DNA of 64,000 nucleotides from Eledone cirrhosa (Eukaryota): contig OZ024742.1 in assembly GCA_964016885.1 (NCBI GenBank), positions 174,840,001 to 174,904,000 on the forward strand, in the 5' to 3' direction. How positions within the stretch are numbered: position 1 is the first letter of the stretch; each line of letters begins with the position of its first letter. Below are positions 26,130-38,406 of the stretch, piece by piece. A program made the translations under genes and the position numbers. The notes under the pieces were generated by a model that searched no databases, had not been told where the DNA came from, and worked only from the letters and a program-made list of their open reading frames with translations.

Positions 26130-26450
26130 TATCTCACATCAGCTTGACATGTTACAGATGGTGCTTAACCTCACTAGGAAGTGCCACATCATCAATACTG
26201 AAACCTGTGGTAGTCTGCCGAAGTTAACTAAAACACTAGCTCAGCAAATATTGTAAAGGACAGGTGCTCACTTTGTGAGACACCCTGAAGAAGTAGCTTT
26301 ATATTTGGTGGTATGGCACCCAATAGGAATATTAACCACTGAAGACAACACCAAAACTTCATTGAACTACTTGAAAAGGACACCAGGCTGAAGACTGATT
26401 TGTAAGCAGTGAAAGTGGGAAGAGACATTTGACATATATATGTTTTCCTA
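26130..26450 (+). mobile_element. Decayed 3' end of a second LINE family (RTE/RTE-X-like)
   Basis: MLQMVLNLTRKCHIINTETCGSLPKLTKTLAQQIL*RTGAHFVRHPEEVALYLVVWHP resembles the C-terminal 'LYG.LP.....RRL..AGHC.RH.EE.A..L.LW.P' segment of RTE-like LINEs. Confidence 0.7.
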
Positions 26451-26651
26451 GTTCTAGCAGAAGATTGGATGAGAAATGAGTTGATATTGAATGTTGTTCA
26501 AATCAAAAATAAAAGAAAAAGGAGTGAACCTTGCTGTTTGAAACTGCAAATGCAAACAATGAAATTTGAAATACATTAACATCTGCATACACACAAATAC
26601 ACATACACACAATAGTATTATTAATTCTTGTTTTTCATAAATTGTATTATC

Positions 26652-27146
26652 TTAACACTTTTCACACAAACCTGCTTAAGACTGCCAATTTTAGAGTATT
26701 CTTATGTAAATTAATATCTTCTCTAAGAATTTTATGTCAGAACTTTTTGCTATGTTATATTAAAGAAACCAATTATGTATGAAAAAATACCTTATTTTAC
26801 TAAAACCCTCCAAATCCTTGATCATTTTCAAATTTAATCAAAATACATAAGCAGTTATTTTTGTTGGAAATATAGTAATGAAAGGATTAATCCATTTATT
26901 AACATATTTCTCATGAAAGACACTGCTTATATTTTTAAATCAATTTTAAAATATATAAAGAATTTGATGGGATTTAGCAACATAATCAATTTTCTCATTA
27001 TGAAATCTGTGTTTGGCACATAACTTAACAAAGATCCTTACATGAAAATATGCAAACATGTAATTAAATACAAACATTTTAAAATAAAGAGATTAATACC
27101 ATACAACCACGGACATTTTGCAGCAGTGCGGTATCAAGAGGGCTAA
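26652..27146. mobile_element. Two ~240-bp TTAA-bounded MITE copies in tail-to-tail orientation
   Basis: Copy 1 runs ttaacactttt..taatgaaaggattaa; copy 2 is its reverse complement starting at the shared TTAA (26887-26890). Further family members lie at ~3420-3680, 39080-39320, 40720-40850, 45360-45775, 46745-46860, 51620-52842 (split by the Helitron), 53290-53740 and 59140-59505. ttaaccc...gggttaa ends are piggyBac-like. Confidence 0.7.
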
Positions 27147-29384
27147 TGTACTTTGTCATTTTAAACCTAGTCAGCTTTATTTTTTGTTGGAAGATTTATC
27201 GGTGAACAGGTGTTGCTTAAAGAAATAAGGACATGTGAATTAATGATCCTTGCTTTTGATAGCAAATGAATGATAATCGGAAGAGTTAATTTCTGTTAGG
27301 TAATACATGTTTAATCCATAGAACCTTGTAGGAAAAAAGTTCTTATCTAAGAAACATTCAGCCTTGCAATCGTTTGACAAATTGGATTTTAATCTGCATT
27401 ATTAAGAATTCAATACATTGTGTAGTAGAGTTAGCCGAGTTATATATCATTTATTGAAATGATCCTGTCAAGAGTGTATTCAGAAAGTTGTTAAAGAATT
27501 TAAAATATCAAAGTTTAGTAATGCTTAAAGCACTAAACATGTCAAATGTTGAAATCTCTGAGATGAATTATTGTTAATCTGATTAAAATCTTCTTGAATG
27601 CTAGAGATGAAACATTTTCAAATACTGACATCTACTCTAGACATGGCCTGGGTCAATACTAGCTGAAACCTATCAAAGTTATCAAAGTTAAGTTACCTTA
27701 TGTGAAATGGCTGACAAATTGGTACAGCCTAGGGTACAGAAGAAACTTAGATATTGTTGATGACTTGATAACCTCTCTAATACTGGTTCTACAATAAAAT
27801 GTGCCTAGTAAATTCTGTAAAGTTGTTGGCCATTGAACAATGACAATATAGCAAAGAGAGGATTCTTCTGTCTAGATGAGCACATGACAATCTCTCCAGT
27901 GTTAGCACCATAATAAAATGCACACATTCAGTGGTGAGCAGATGTTTGGTGATGTCCAGGGCCAATTCTCTAATTATGTACCACTAAAACGCAAGCATAG
28001 GGCCTGGTATAGACAAATGTGAGCAAGGAAGATATTTTAAATATTTAATAAGAGGAAATATGAAATAAACATTTCTTAATTAATATAAAATCAACCACAT
28101 GCATTTTGTCTGAGCATACACATTGAATTTCAAGAAAATGGCACATTTTGGATGAGTGCTTGAAAAATCTAAGTAGGAGCTACACCCAGTTGGTGTATTG
28201 AATGGAGGACTCTGCATGACACTTTGGGTGGATGCTCCCACTGCCTGTCCTGATATGGTTTTCAGGGGTCATCACAATGTCTGTCCCTCTCTCTACGCAC
28301 CACTGCAACAATACACACGTGTATAGGAACTACAAATTCTGCCACATTACAATAAACACACTGTAAAATAGTAATGTTTATGACATGATAAAATGCATCC
28401 TATACTCTCGTTTAAGATGTTGACATTAACGAGGGCATCCAGTGATAGAAACCATACCTAAATATGTGAGACAGGCTTATCCAAATTATTTTATTTCAGA
28501 CCATAGACACTTGTGAAACTCCAACCAGCATGGAAAAACGAGTGTAAAATGTGGATGATGATAATAATAATAATGATGATGATGACACTCAATTTTTGAT
28601 TTACATTCATCAGATGTCTTATTAATAGAGATGTACATAGTTCTGACCACCCACAGTTGTTCCTAATGGAGTAATAGGGGAGTTGTTGTCATAGATGGCA
28701 TATCTTTGCTATTTAAAACCTGACAGGGCAAATCTTTTTCGACATTTAACCACAGTCTATTAGTTTTAAAGAGGCAGACAGAGAACAGAGAATAGAAAAA
28801 CATAACAGAAGAACCAAGAAGAAGAGTTGACCACAATAATTGATCATAAAAGTTGACTTTGGAATGATTTTAATCCAAAGCACACCGAGAACCAGAATTA
28901 GGGAGAAGCATACTATTCAACATCCAAATAGCTATGCTATTGAGCTACTTTTTATTTAGTCATAAAGCCAGAAGCTTCTGTGGACAGTAAGCTCAATTAT
29001 ACTGACCTCAATACTTTATTGGTACTTTATTTTATCAACCTGGAAAGGAGGAAAGCAAAGTTGACCACAGTGGTATTTGAACTCAGAACATCAAAGGCCG
29101 TAGCTCTACTGATAGTGTCAAATGCTATCTCAATGAAAAGGTAATTAAAATAACCTTGTAATTCAATTGCGATTGATTGGATATAATAGTTTTATCCTTA
29201 TTTTAGAAATAAAGAATACTAGACTGCAATAAATCTATGTATGTATTCAGGATTATAACATGTGAGGATGATGGTGACCATCATCGTTTTAACATCCACT
29301 ATCCATGATTGGACAGGTTATCATGGTTGAAGACCTGAGAGGTTAGAGTGACCTCATCTCATTCATAAATTCAATATTTGAAAT

Positions 29385-29670
29385 AGTTTCTATGGTTAGA
29401 TGCCTTTCTTAACACCAACAATCATACAGGGTATACTGGGTGCATTCTGTGTAACACAAGTACTTCCAAGTTCTTTACAGAGTGGACTAGGTGTATTTTA
29501 TTGTGGCACCAGTACTTCCATTTTACATGGTGAACAGGGTGCATATTATCATGGTAACAAAACTCCCTCTTTACTGGCTGGACAGGGTGCATTTTATCAT
29601 GCCATCAACATTACTACATTACAGAGTGAGAAGAGAGCATTGTATTGTGTCTCCAACACTAGAGAGGTTG
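29385..29670. repeat. Tandemly amplified ~35-bp module of the RTE-associated 3' UTR repeat (also 38820-39075 minus, 8770-8940)
   Basis: Repeated tttacag.gtg.actgggtgcattttat..tggcacca. Confidence 0.7.
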
Positions 29671-30454
29671 TTACATGATCATCCAGACTCATCTTAAACC
29701 CTATATTGTGTTTGTTTAATTGCCAACGCTATAACCTGTTCTCAACCCCCAACTCTTCAAAGAACTGTTTCATGTCTAACGATAAAGTTAATAATCCCAA
29801 AAGTTCTAAAAGTAACTTGAAGTTCATTGCTAATATTAGTTATTAGTAATATAATGAATTATCTAATGATTTTTGTTTTACTAATTCAATTTTGATGTGA
29901 GCAGTCTTAATTGTTATTCAACTCATCATTGCTATTACTTTTAGGTCTATTTTTTTTTATTTATGCATAAACGCATTACACAAATCCTCACCTGTATACC
30001 ATCTCTCTATTTGTTTCTTTCCATTGTCACTTGCTTTGTGGAGTTTATTTTCTTGAGATTAGTTTACACCCTTCTGCCAATGTCTTCCTTGGTATTTGTC
30101 TTCTACAGCTTCCTTCCTCTTGGAACCCTAGGAAAATTCTCTACTCAGTGGTCATCAATAATATTCATACCGTGTACATACCAGCACAATCTTCTATTCT
30201 GCATGCAGCATCTGATTTCTATCATGCTAGTTTTTTTCTCTCACCTCATCCATGCTTCATTCATAATGCACATTAAAGTTACTCATCCATAGGAGCATGC
30301 TCAATCTGTTTATCTCTAGCCTTCATACATCATTCACATTAATCTCACATGTCTCATTGTTATGCAACATTGCACTTCTCATGCAGGAATCATATCATTT
30401 ACACTGCACTCAGAATTTATCTGACATTAAAGTGTTATTATTATTCAAAAAGGT

Positions 30455-30735
30455 ATGTGGTTTAGTGGTTAAGGTGTTTCATTCGTGATCATAAGGTTGT
30501 GAGTTTAATTCTCATTGAGTAAGACACTTCATTTTATGCTGCTCCTCTCTAACAAGTTGTATCTGTGATCTATATGGTCAGCATTGTCACACTGTGCTAT
30601 GCTGAATCTCCCTGAGAATGACGCTAAGTGAACACATGTTTGGGGAATGCTCAGCCACTTAGATGTTAATTTCACAGACAAGCTGTTCCATTGTTCAAAC
30701 AACTGAAAATCTTGTCATCAAAACTGACAGAGGTC
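30455..30735 (+). mobile_element. Second tRNA-headed SINE family (also ~12310-12570 minus, ~14140-14490 plus, ~44305-44615 plus)
   Basis: Head tggtttagtggttaagg..gagtttaattc and shared body gctgaatctccctgagaa..acacatgt..gctcagccactt..gttaatttca..gctgttcc. Confidence 0.8.
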
Positions 30736-31164
30736 TAACAAACATTTTTCGTCAAAATATGAAGGTATTTCATATTAACTTTTATATCATACTTCTTTAA
30801 CAAATCGTTAGTCTCAAAGAGCTCTATATCACCTAGCTAAGCATACTGGATAGTTAAAATTTGGAACTTATTGTACAGATACTGTTCAGATACAGATGTA
30901 CAATTTATGGGAAAATATTTAGTATTTTTCTTTTGTGGCTTGCAGTGTCAGACTTTAAATATTCCCCAGGGGATACAACTTGTGATACCTGATGCCCTGA
31001 GTCACCAGTAGTGAATAAATACATCCTATTAAATCACCTGTATTCTCTTAATATTCAATTTTCAATGTAACATAAGTGGAATTTAAGTACCATGTCTTGA
31101 CATTTGGAACTAAATATTTATTGATGAGATAGTAATCATGACATTGATTTGCAATTTAGATTGG

Positions 31165-31234
<70 letters not shown>

Positions 31235-31811
31235 GTTCTATTTAATTAACTTAAGGTTAGTTTTAGTTGAACTTATAAAAATTGTCACTGTTGTAATTCA
31301 CTTTAATATCATCATCATCAGCCCATTTTTCAAGTCAACTTGGTTTGGACAGGTCATTAAGTTCCAAGTCCTCATTCAGAGATACAACTCTCCTGGACAG
31401 GTCAGTGGAACCATGTTATGGGTGTATGTTCCAATGTTTTTGTGTAGTTGCTATGGCTAGATGCCCTTCCTGACACCATCTATGTAATATGTCAAACTGA
31501 TTGAATTTTATCATAGTACCAGCTCTAAAGAGGTTCTCATGTTATTAGATGGGATGAAGAATTTTCTCTATCATATGTTATTTCTGTTAGATCAACTACA
31601 TTTAAGAGTGTATTGGGTATATATTATTGTGGTAAAAGTACTAAAGACGTTATCAATTCCTCAACATTATGAAACAGGCCTCTTTACTCAATGTTGTTGG
31701 TGAGTACATTTTATTGAAATACAAACACTAGTGTGGTTGCTTCGTTTATTGCAGGGCTATAGATACCTCTCCATTCTATACACAATCTGTTATATATATA
31801 TATATATCTAG

Positions 31812-32236
31812 TGAAATCTGTCCACACCTTGAGCCCTGTGTGACACTTAAGTCAAATTCTGGGTTACCTTCTTTTGGGCATAAAGAAGTCTATGCTTGGG
31901 CGATCCCTCGTGGCAGTGGACAGAGGAAGCGACCGATATAAATAGCCAGTCTCAGACCAAGCAAAAGCAGTTCAGAGAAGTTCTTGACAGAATAACGATG
32001 TAAAACATTTGCTTTCTACAGGCCTTTACTCTCTCTCTCTCTTGGTTTTACAGGCTCTCACCTTCTCTGGCCATAGACACCATAACAGCAAAAACATCGT
32101 CAACCTTTATAACTTGTAGTAACTTATTTTTTGTTCATTTATTAAGTGAAGTGAAGTAAATTTTGTATCAAAACGAAACCATCTATTTTGTGTTATTTCA
32201 CCTCTAATAACATTTACTAATCATTTCTTTGCTTCA
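31812..32236 (+). mobile_element. Solo-LTR-like unit between (TA)n tracts
   Basis: TGAA...TTCA ends, TATAAATA at ~31937 followed by a CT-rich stretch; no clear TSD. Confidence 0.4.
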
Positions 32237-33814
32237 TATATATATATATATATATATATAGCATTCCCTAATCACAATTATTAACATCACTACATGACCC
32301 TCACCATATACCTCTTTGCCATTTTGTCTTACGTTTGTGTTTGAGGAATTATAATTAAAAATATACTGTAAAACATTTGAAAATGATCATACTGTTCATG
32401 TGACATATAAGCAAAAAAGCTATACAGTTATCACAATACAGATTTAATTGAGGTTTCTATTTCTCTTATTGATGCATTTTTACACTATTTGATTTTATCA
32501 TGTTTGTGTATAAATTTTACTAAATTTGCTACTGTATTGTTGCAGATAATCTTATAGAGTGTAGGCCCATTGATGATTACAGCTAATTCTTAATATAATG
32601 TTCGGAGACTAATTTCAGATTTTGGTTAAAACTTTAATTAGAAAAAAACACTTAAAATAGCCTTTGGCATTTTATTTTAGTCTATAAGATGTTACAACTA
32701 GTTAGTAACTAATGTGAGTGATAAAACAACTGGATTTTATTCCAATAAACAAATTGAAGTTGAAATGTTAGTTAATATGTTAAGCCAGTAAACAAATTAG
32801 ATAGACAGAAAATTAGCAGAGCAGTTAGAAAGTCAGATAGAATGCTTTGTGATATTCATACTGACTCACTACATGCAAAGTTAAAATCTCGCCGAGGTCA
32901 ACTTTACCTGTTATCTTTACTAGCTCAATACATTGAATATCACTCCAGTACTTAGGTTGATTCTTCCTCTATATCTCATTCTCACTTCTTTTCTATCACT
33001 CTCTTTTTCTAATAGAAATCAAATGTGTTCAGACATGGAAAGGAGATGGACTCTGCCAGGTTTTTTTTTTTAATACTCAAGAAACACTACGAGGAGTTAT
33101 GAGTAAAAATAAAAAATAAATTCATATAAATTGTCAAAGGATATAATAATTTTCTTTTCACATGTATTCTATTTTGTTTTAAATTTGTGTTGTGTAAAAA
33201 TGTTACTTTCTAATTTGGGGTGCATCAACTTAGAAAAAGTCAATAAAGCAGTCGGAAATTCTGTTTTGGAAAAAAAAATGTTTGTTTTGTTGTTCAAGAA
33301 GCCAATCAGAATAAGTGAGTTGCAAAAGAAAAACAACATGAAAAAGGAATAATAAGATAAAGAATAAGAAATGCAAGAAAACATGTCAAAACATATATCG
33401 ATAGAATAGACTATTCTACTTTCTGCTTTGGTCTTAACTCTAAGTCTGATGAAAAATCAATGTCTTTGAGAGATCCAATAACAATGAATTTCTAAGATAG
33501 TAAACAGATTGAGGAAATTGATTCTATTAGTCTAATTTAGCAGCACAGGTTAGATAAAAATGATGAGCCAGATAGCTGTAAGTTTATTACCAGAAAAGAA
33601 TTTTCAATTGGAAACAACTTGAGTAAGTTTCTATATAAACTCTTTTTCATCTCAAATGTGATTCTCTTAGAATATGTTCAGTGATAGATTTTATTCAGTT
33701 GAATTCTTTCATTCTTTTTTTTCTCACAACTTTTCACTTTTTATTTAGTTTTGATATTTTACTCTTTCGTTGCTTATTTTAACCAATGACATCCTGTACC
33801 ACATGAAACCATAT

Positions 33815-34200
33815 TAGCAAGACATTCTTGAATAACACAAAACAGTACTTTGTATCACATTAAAAATTTGAAACTTACTGCAAATTTTTCACCACAATCT
33901 GTTCACTAGTAAAGTTACTACAAAGATTTTAATTGACAAACCACAGTAGCAAGACATTCTTGAATAGTACAAAACAGCATTGGGGCTGCATCATATCAAA
34001 TCTTTAAGGCATAACATTAGTTTACTGCAAAGGTTCACAATGTATGTTTACTAGTAACGAAACAATCATTCAAATTAACAAATCTCATCAAACCACATTA
34101 ACAAAACATTTTTCAGAAGCAAGAAACATCACTATGTTTGCATCATTTACTGTGAATTTTCATACTCTGTAAGGTACTATAAATATTTGAATTAACAAAG
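33815..34200 (+). repeat. ~125-bp tandem unit x3, also present at ~54015-54310 (x2) and ~56065-56300
   Basis: Shared gcaagacattcttgaa..tacaaaacagca..catc.tatt.aaa..actgcaa.ttttcacaac.atctgttcactagtaa. Confidence 0.75.
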
Positions 34201-34272
34201 CCAATTTTAAATATCTTCTGCTAAACAGTATAGAGTGTTATGAATCAAAAGTCAAGAACATCAAGCTTAAAA

Positions 34273-34381
34273 TAATTGTTTCTACTTTTGGCACAAGGCC
34301 AGCAATTACCCAGTGCATTACTGGTACTTAATTTTATCGACCCCATAAGGATGAAAGGCAAAGTTAACCTCCGTGGGATTT
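34273..34381 (-). mobile_element. Same SINE family, 5'-truncated
   Basis: taattgtttctacttttggcacaaggccagcaattacccagtgc...aaagttaacctccgtgggattt. Confidence 0.85.
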
Positions 34382-34624
34382 ATGATAATTTACATGGGAA
34401 TAAAGTTAACATTAATATATTTGGTGAGGATCATGTTGTCCTAATATTGCCAGAAAAAAATACTAAAACACACTCACTATTTCTATTTTCACTTTGCTAT
34501 TTTGTTCATCTTTTGCCTGTAACAGAGTTTTCAGTCCATTGATTTATTAGTAAGTAAATATCGAATTAGACAAACATGATAACTTTACCTACTGTAGTAC
34601 ACGTAATCTCTATAAATTGATATA

Positions 34625-35453
34625 TGAGGTGTATCAGTAAGAGGAGTTAGTGTCCTGCGTGAAATATGAGTGTGGCAGGGATTAGCTGGTTGTGTCATAT
34701 TGTGCTATAGTATTCAGGGAGTATATAACATCGATCTCAGCTCTCTGCATCCGTTGTTTGTTTTTTCATGGACCTTTGTTAACAGCTCCTCAAGTTTAGG
34801 CTGTCAAACAATGGGCACAGAGAAACAAACCAACCTGAAGTTTCTGGTTTAGCCGGAGAAAATTCAATCAGAAGCTCTCAGAATAGTGCAGCAAGTATAC
34901 TGAGATAAGAAAGTGTCATGCTCATGGGTTTCTGAGTGGGACAAAATGTTCAAAAACGCCCCCAGCAGTGGAAGGGCTTCAATGAGCAGAACCGAAGCCA
35001 ATTTTGGGCATGTAAAGCACGTGGTGCATGACGATTGTTTGCAAGTGAGCTCACATGGACCACAGCAGTGCTTGAAAGATTATCACCAAAGATGATACTG
35101 AAGCTGCTAAATGATGACTAGAAAGAGCAGCACATGCAGGTGTGCCAAGGCATCGATGAGAATTTAGAAACTGAACCAGAATTGCTGGGGACAATCATCA
35201 TGGGTGATGAGACATGGATCTTCCAGTACAACCTGGAGACCAAGCAGCACAGCCATCAAGAGGGCCATGACGATGGAGCTGTGGTGAATCCCAAGAAATT
35301 CCTTCCATGAATACATGGAGGTATGGTGGAGAAAGATAGGAAAGTGCATTAAATTTGAGTGAGATTAATTCAAAGGGGGAAATATATAGTTTATAATTTG
35401 GATTTGAAATATTTTTTGTGACCCCAGTCCTGTTTCTTTTCTGACACACCTCA
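34625..35453 (+). mobile_element. Tc1/mariner (mariner-type) DNA transposon, internally deleted and decayed
   Basis: Imperfect TIRs tgaggtgtatcagtaag and cttttctgacacacctca, with TA on the left. Transposase remnants are MGTEKQTNLKFLV..EW.KMFK..PSSGRASMSRTEAN, KLLNDD*KE..QVCQ..LETEPELLGTIIMGDETWIFQY, and a degenerate C-terminal KCI...GDYFEG-like segment. Confidence 0.88.
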
Positions 35454-37859
35454 AAGTCAATTGTTAAATATTAGTCAGTCATCATCATCATTTAATGTCT
35501 AGACTTTGATTGGTCAGCACAGACCTGGTCTGTACTTAATTGCAGCCACTGATTTCCCAGATGAGCCAGGGACAGCATCTCGCATCTGTTCCCATATTTT
35601 ACAGAATGCACTAGGGAGTTAGTCATGTTTTCTGCCACAACTGAAGAATCTTTTCTACCATTTGTTTAGCAAGTTTTCTACAGCTGAATGTCCTTCCTAT
35701 CACAATCTACTAGAGAGTTTGCCATGCCCTTGACACAACTAAACAGTTTTCTTTATCCTTTTTGAATTGTTCCTACAACTGGGTATCCTTCTGATCACAT
35801 ACCACCTTACTGGGTATATTAGGCACATTCTTTACGGCATTAGTGCTAGTGAAATTAAATTTATTGTGACTAAAATGTTCTCTCAACCCTTTTTTCACAT
35901 GGTTTCTACTGTTGGAAACCTCACCCTACATCAACCATCCCTAAAGAAGATTTAAAATACTAGTTTAGTTGTTTATATCAGCAATACATTATTATCAGCT
36001 ATTAATATTTAATATTTTGTGCAATTACTATTAGTTTTAAGAAATCTTCACAATTTATACTTTTTTTATTATTAATGCTCATGCATATGTAGGTTTAGTT
36101 GGCTCCCTTGAAGAGGCTAATCATAAGAGGTGTCTCTAGTGTTTTCTCAATGATAGAAACTACGGTATATCATGAAAATCTTTCCCCTTTGAATGGACAC
36201 AAATCCACTGTTGTGGTTAATGCTCAGATGCTGCTGGTACTCATTTCTTTTCAACTGAATACATCTAAAATTAAACCTCTTACATAGGGACACAATGTAC
36301 AGTCAGTTTAGAAATCGAACCTATGCCCTTATGGTCAGTAGTTCAATACACTAACCTAATCCTCCCTTAAAATGTTTACACTGGGCAATTATTGAATGAA
36401 TACATCACACAGGCTAAATTTTATGGATTCTCATATATAAAATTCACTTGTGAAAATGCACGTCATACAGACTAATTTGTATAGACGCACAATTAACTAC
36501 AGGGAATATGTGTTTCTTTCTCTATTCAATGACATTTCACTCTTTTAGATACATTCTTAACATCTAAAATTCAATCTTATCTATGTATAACATTAATCTA
36601 CTTGTCAATCAAGCTTGTCATAACCAAATTAGTTTATCAACAAGTAGAAAATATATTTTCACATCCTGCGATTATAAATAGGATAAAAGCAATCTTATAA
36701 TTTATTTGTTATAACATCTTTCGGTGTAAATATATTTTCTTCAATTTACTTTTATTTCTGTCCAAATCTAATTATTTGAATCAAGTTTTGCATGTAGTTA
36801 CTTTCTTATTTCATTTTTTGGCTAGCAATATATACCAAATAATCTTTTTATTGGCTAATATAAAGATCTATATAACACATACTGTAATATTAGACATGCT
36901 TCATTATCATCATTCTCATTTTTACAATTCTATAGCCATGCTTGCATAGATTAGATAAATCTTCTCTGGTACATCATTTTTCATTTGTCTTTTTCCATGT
37001 CAAAATACAGTTGAGAAGATTCGTTAATTGTGTGAAGGGCACAACACACTCTCTAGCGTAGGTGACATAATAAAACCAACCCAGTACATTCTGTAAATGA
37101 GTTAAGGATGGCGTCAAATGGGAGAAAACATGCCAGTCAAAGAGTAGAGAGAACTCATCAGTTATGATAAAAACATGAGGACCTAGTGATGATGCCCTAA
37201 GTATGAGAAAGTATGTAAACAAGATGTGGGCTCTGCCCACCTGAGAGGTCAGTGGCTCTGATTAAGTACTGATTTGGTTTGTGACAACTCATGCAACACT
37301 TGTGAGGCAGGAAAACAGATGGTAAATAATTATGATGATGAGGTTTAGTATTCTGAGATCAGCTTTCATCACCTCTTCCCCAACTCCCTTACACCTGTAA
37401 ATCTTGGAACTTCTTCACCCAATCATCATTATCCGTACACTTTATGTGTCCATACCAACACAACCATCTCTCTTGTACACTACATATTAATCCTGTCATA
37501 GATAGTTTTTCTTTCAAATAATCTGTACTTTGTTTTTCATGTATGTTACATTACACATCCAATAAACACATTCAATTCATTTCTTTCTAGCCTCCTCATA
37601 TCCTCTACAATTATGGCCCATGTCTCAAATTCCATATTTCTTTACATTCATACATCTGTGAGATTTCAAACAATTGCTGTCTTTTTCAATAGAAAAAAAA
37701 CAATGTCATGCATCTATAACATTTTCTATGAAAAGTATCTTCTCTTTATGAATAATGGGGATTAATCAAAGTGCAAGATGTTAAATCATATATTGTAATC
37801 TTAAATATTTCCTTGATTGTTACTAATGAAAACAACTACTGGTGATTTTCAAATAATTA

Positions 37860-38406
37860 TGACGAGCACATAAGCCAGATTGACTTCTTGCTAGTTAGGC
37901 AGCAAGACAGGCAGATGGTGTCAAATACTAAGGCATACCCCGGGGATGAATGTACCCCACAGCATAGGTTAGTCGTTAGTGAGATCTCAGTAAGCAAGAG
38001 ACAAAATGAAACATACAGGAAGGTGTGGAAAAGAAAGGTCTGGAAGCCAAAAGACCTTTCACTAAAATATGAATTTAGGAAAGCCCTTCAAGATGTGTAT
38101 GACGAAAAAGAAGACGATTTAGAGTCGTATGACATAGATGCTAACTGGAATGTCTTACGTGACAAGTTACTGCAGGCTACTGAAGAAACTTGTGGCTTGA
38201 GCAGAGCTCCAACCAGACAGAGAGTGACCTGGTGGTGGAACAGAACGGTAGATAGGGCCATTAGAGACAAAAGAAGAGCATGGAATGTTTGGAACAATGG
38301 TGGGTGTAGAGATGGATACACAGCCACTAAGAGAGAAGCTAGACGTCAGGTGTACTTAGCATGCAGGGAGGCTGAGAGTAGGAGGTTTGCTAATATTCTT
38401 CATTGA
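37860..38406 (+). mobile_element. RTE LINE internal fragment (endonuclease C-terminus and linker)
   Basis: SQIDFLLVR..., YPGDECTPQHRLVV (APE terminal motif region) and RQRVTWWWN..., an open 172-aa frame. Confidence 0.9.
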
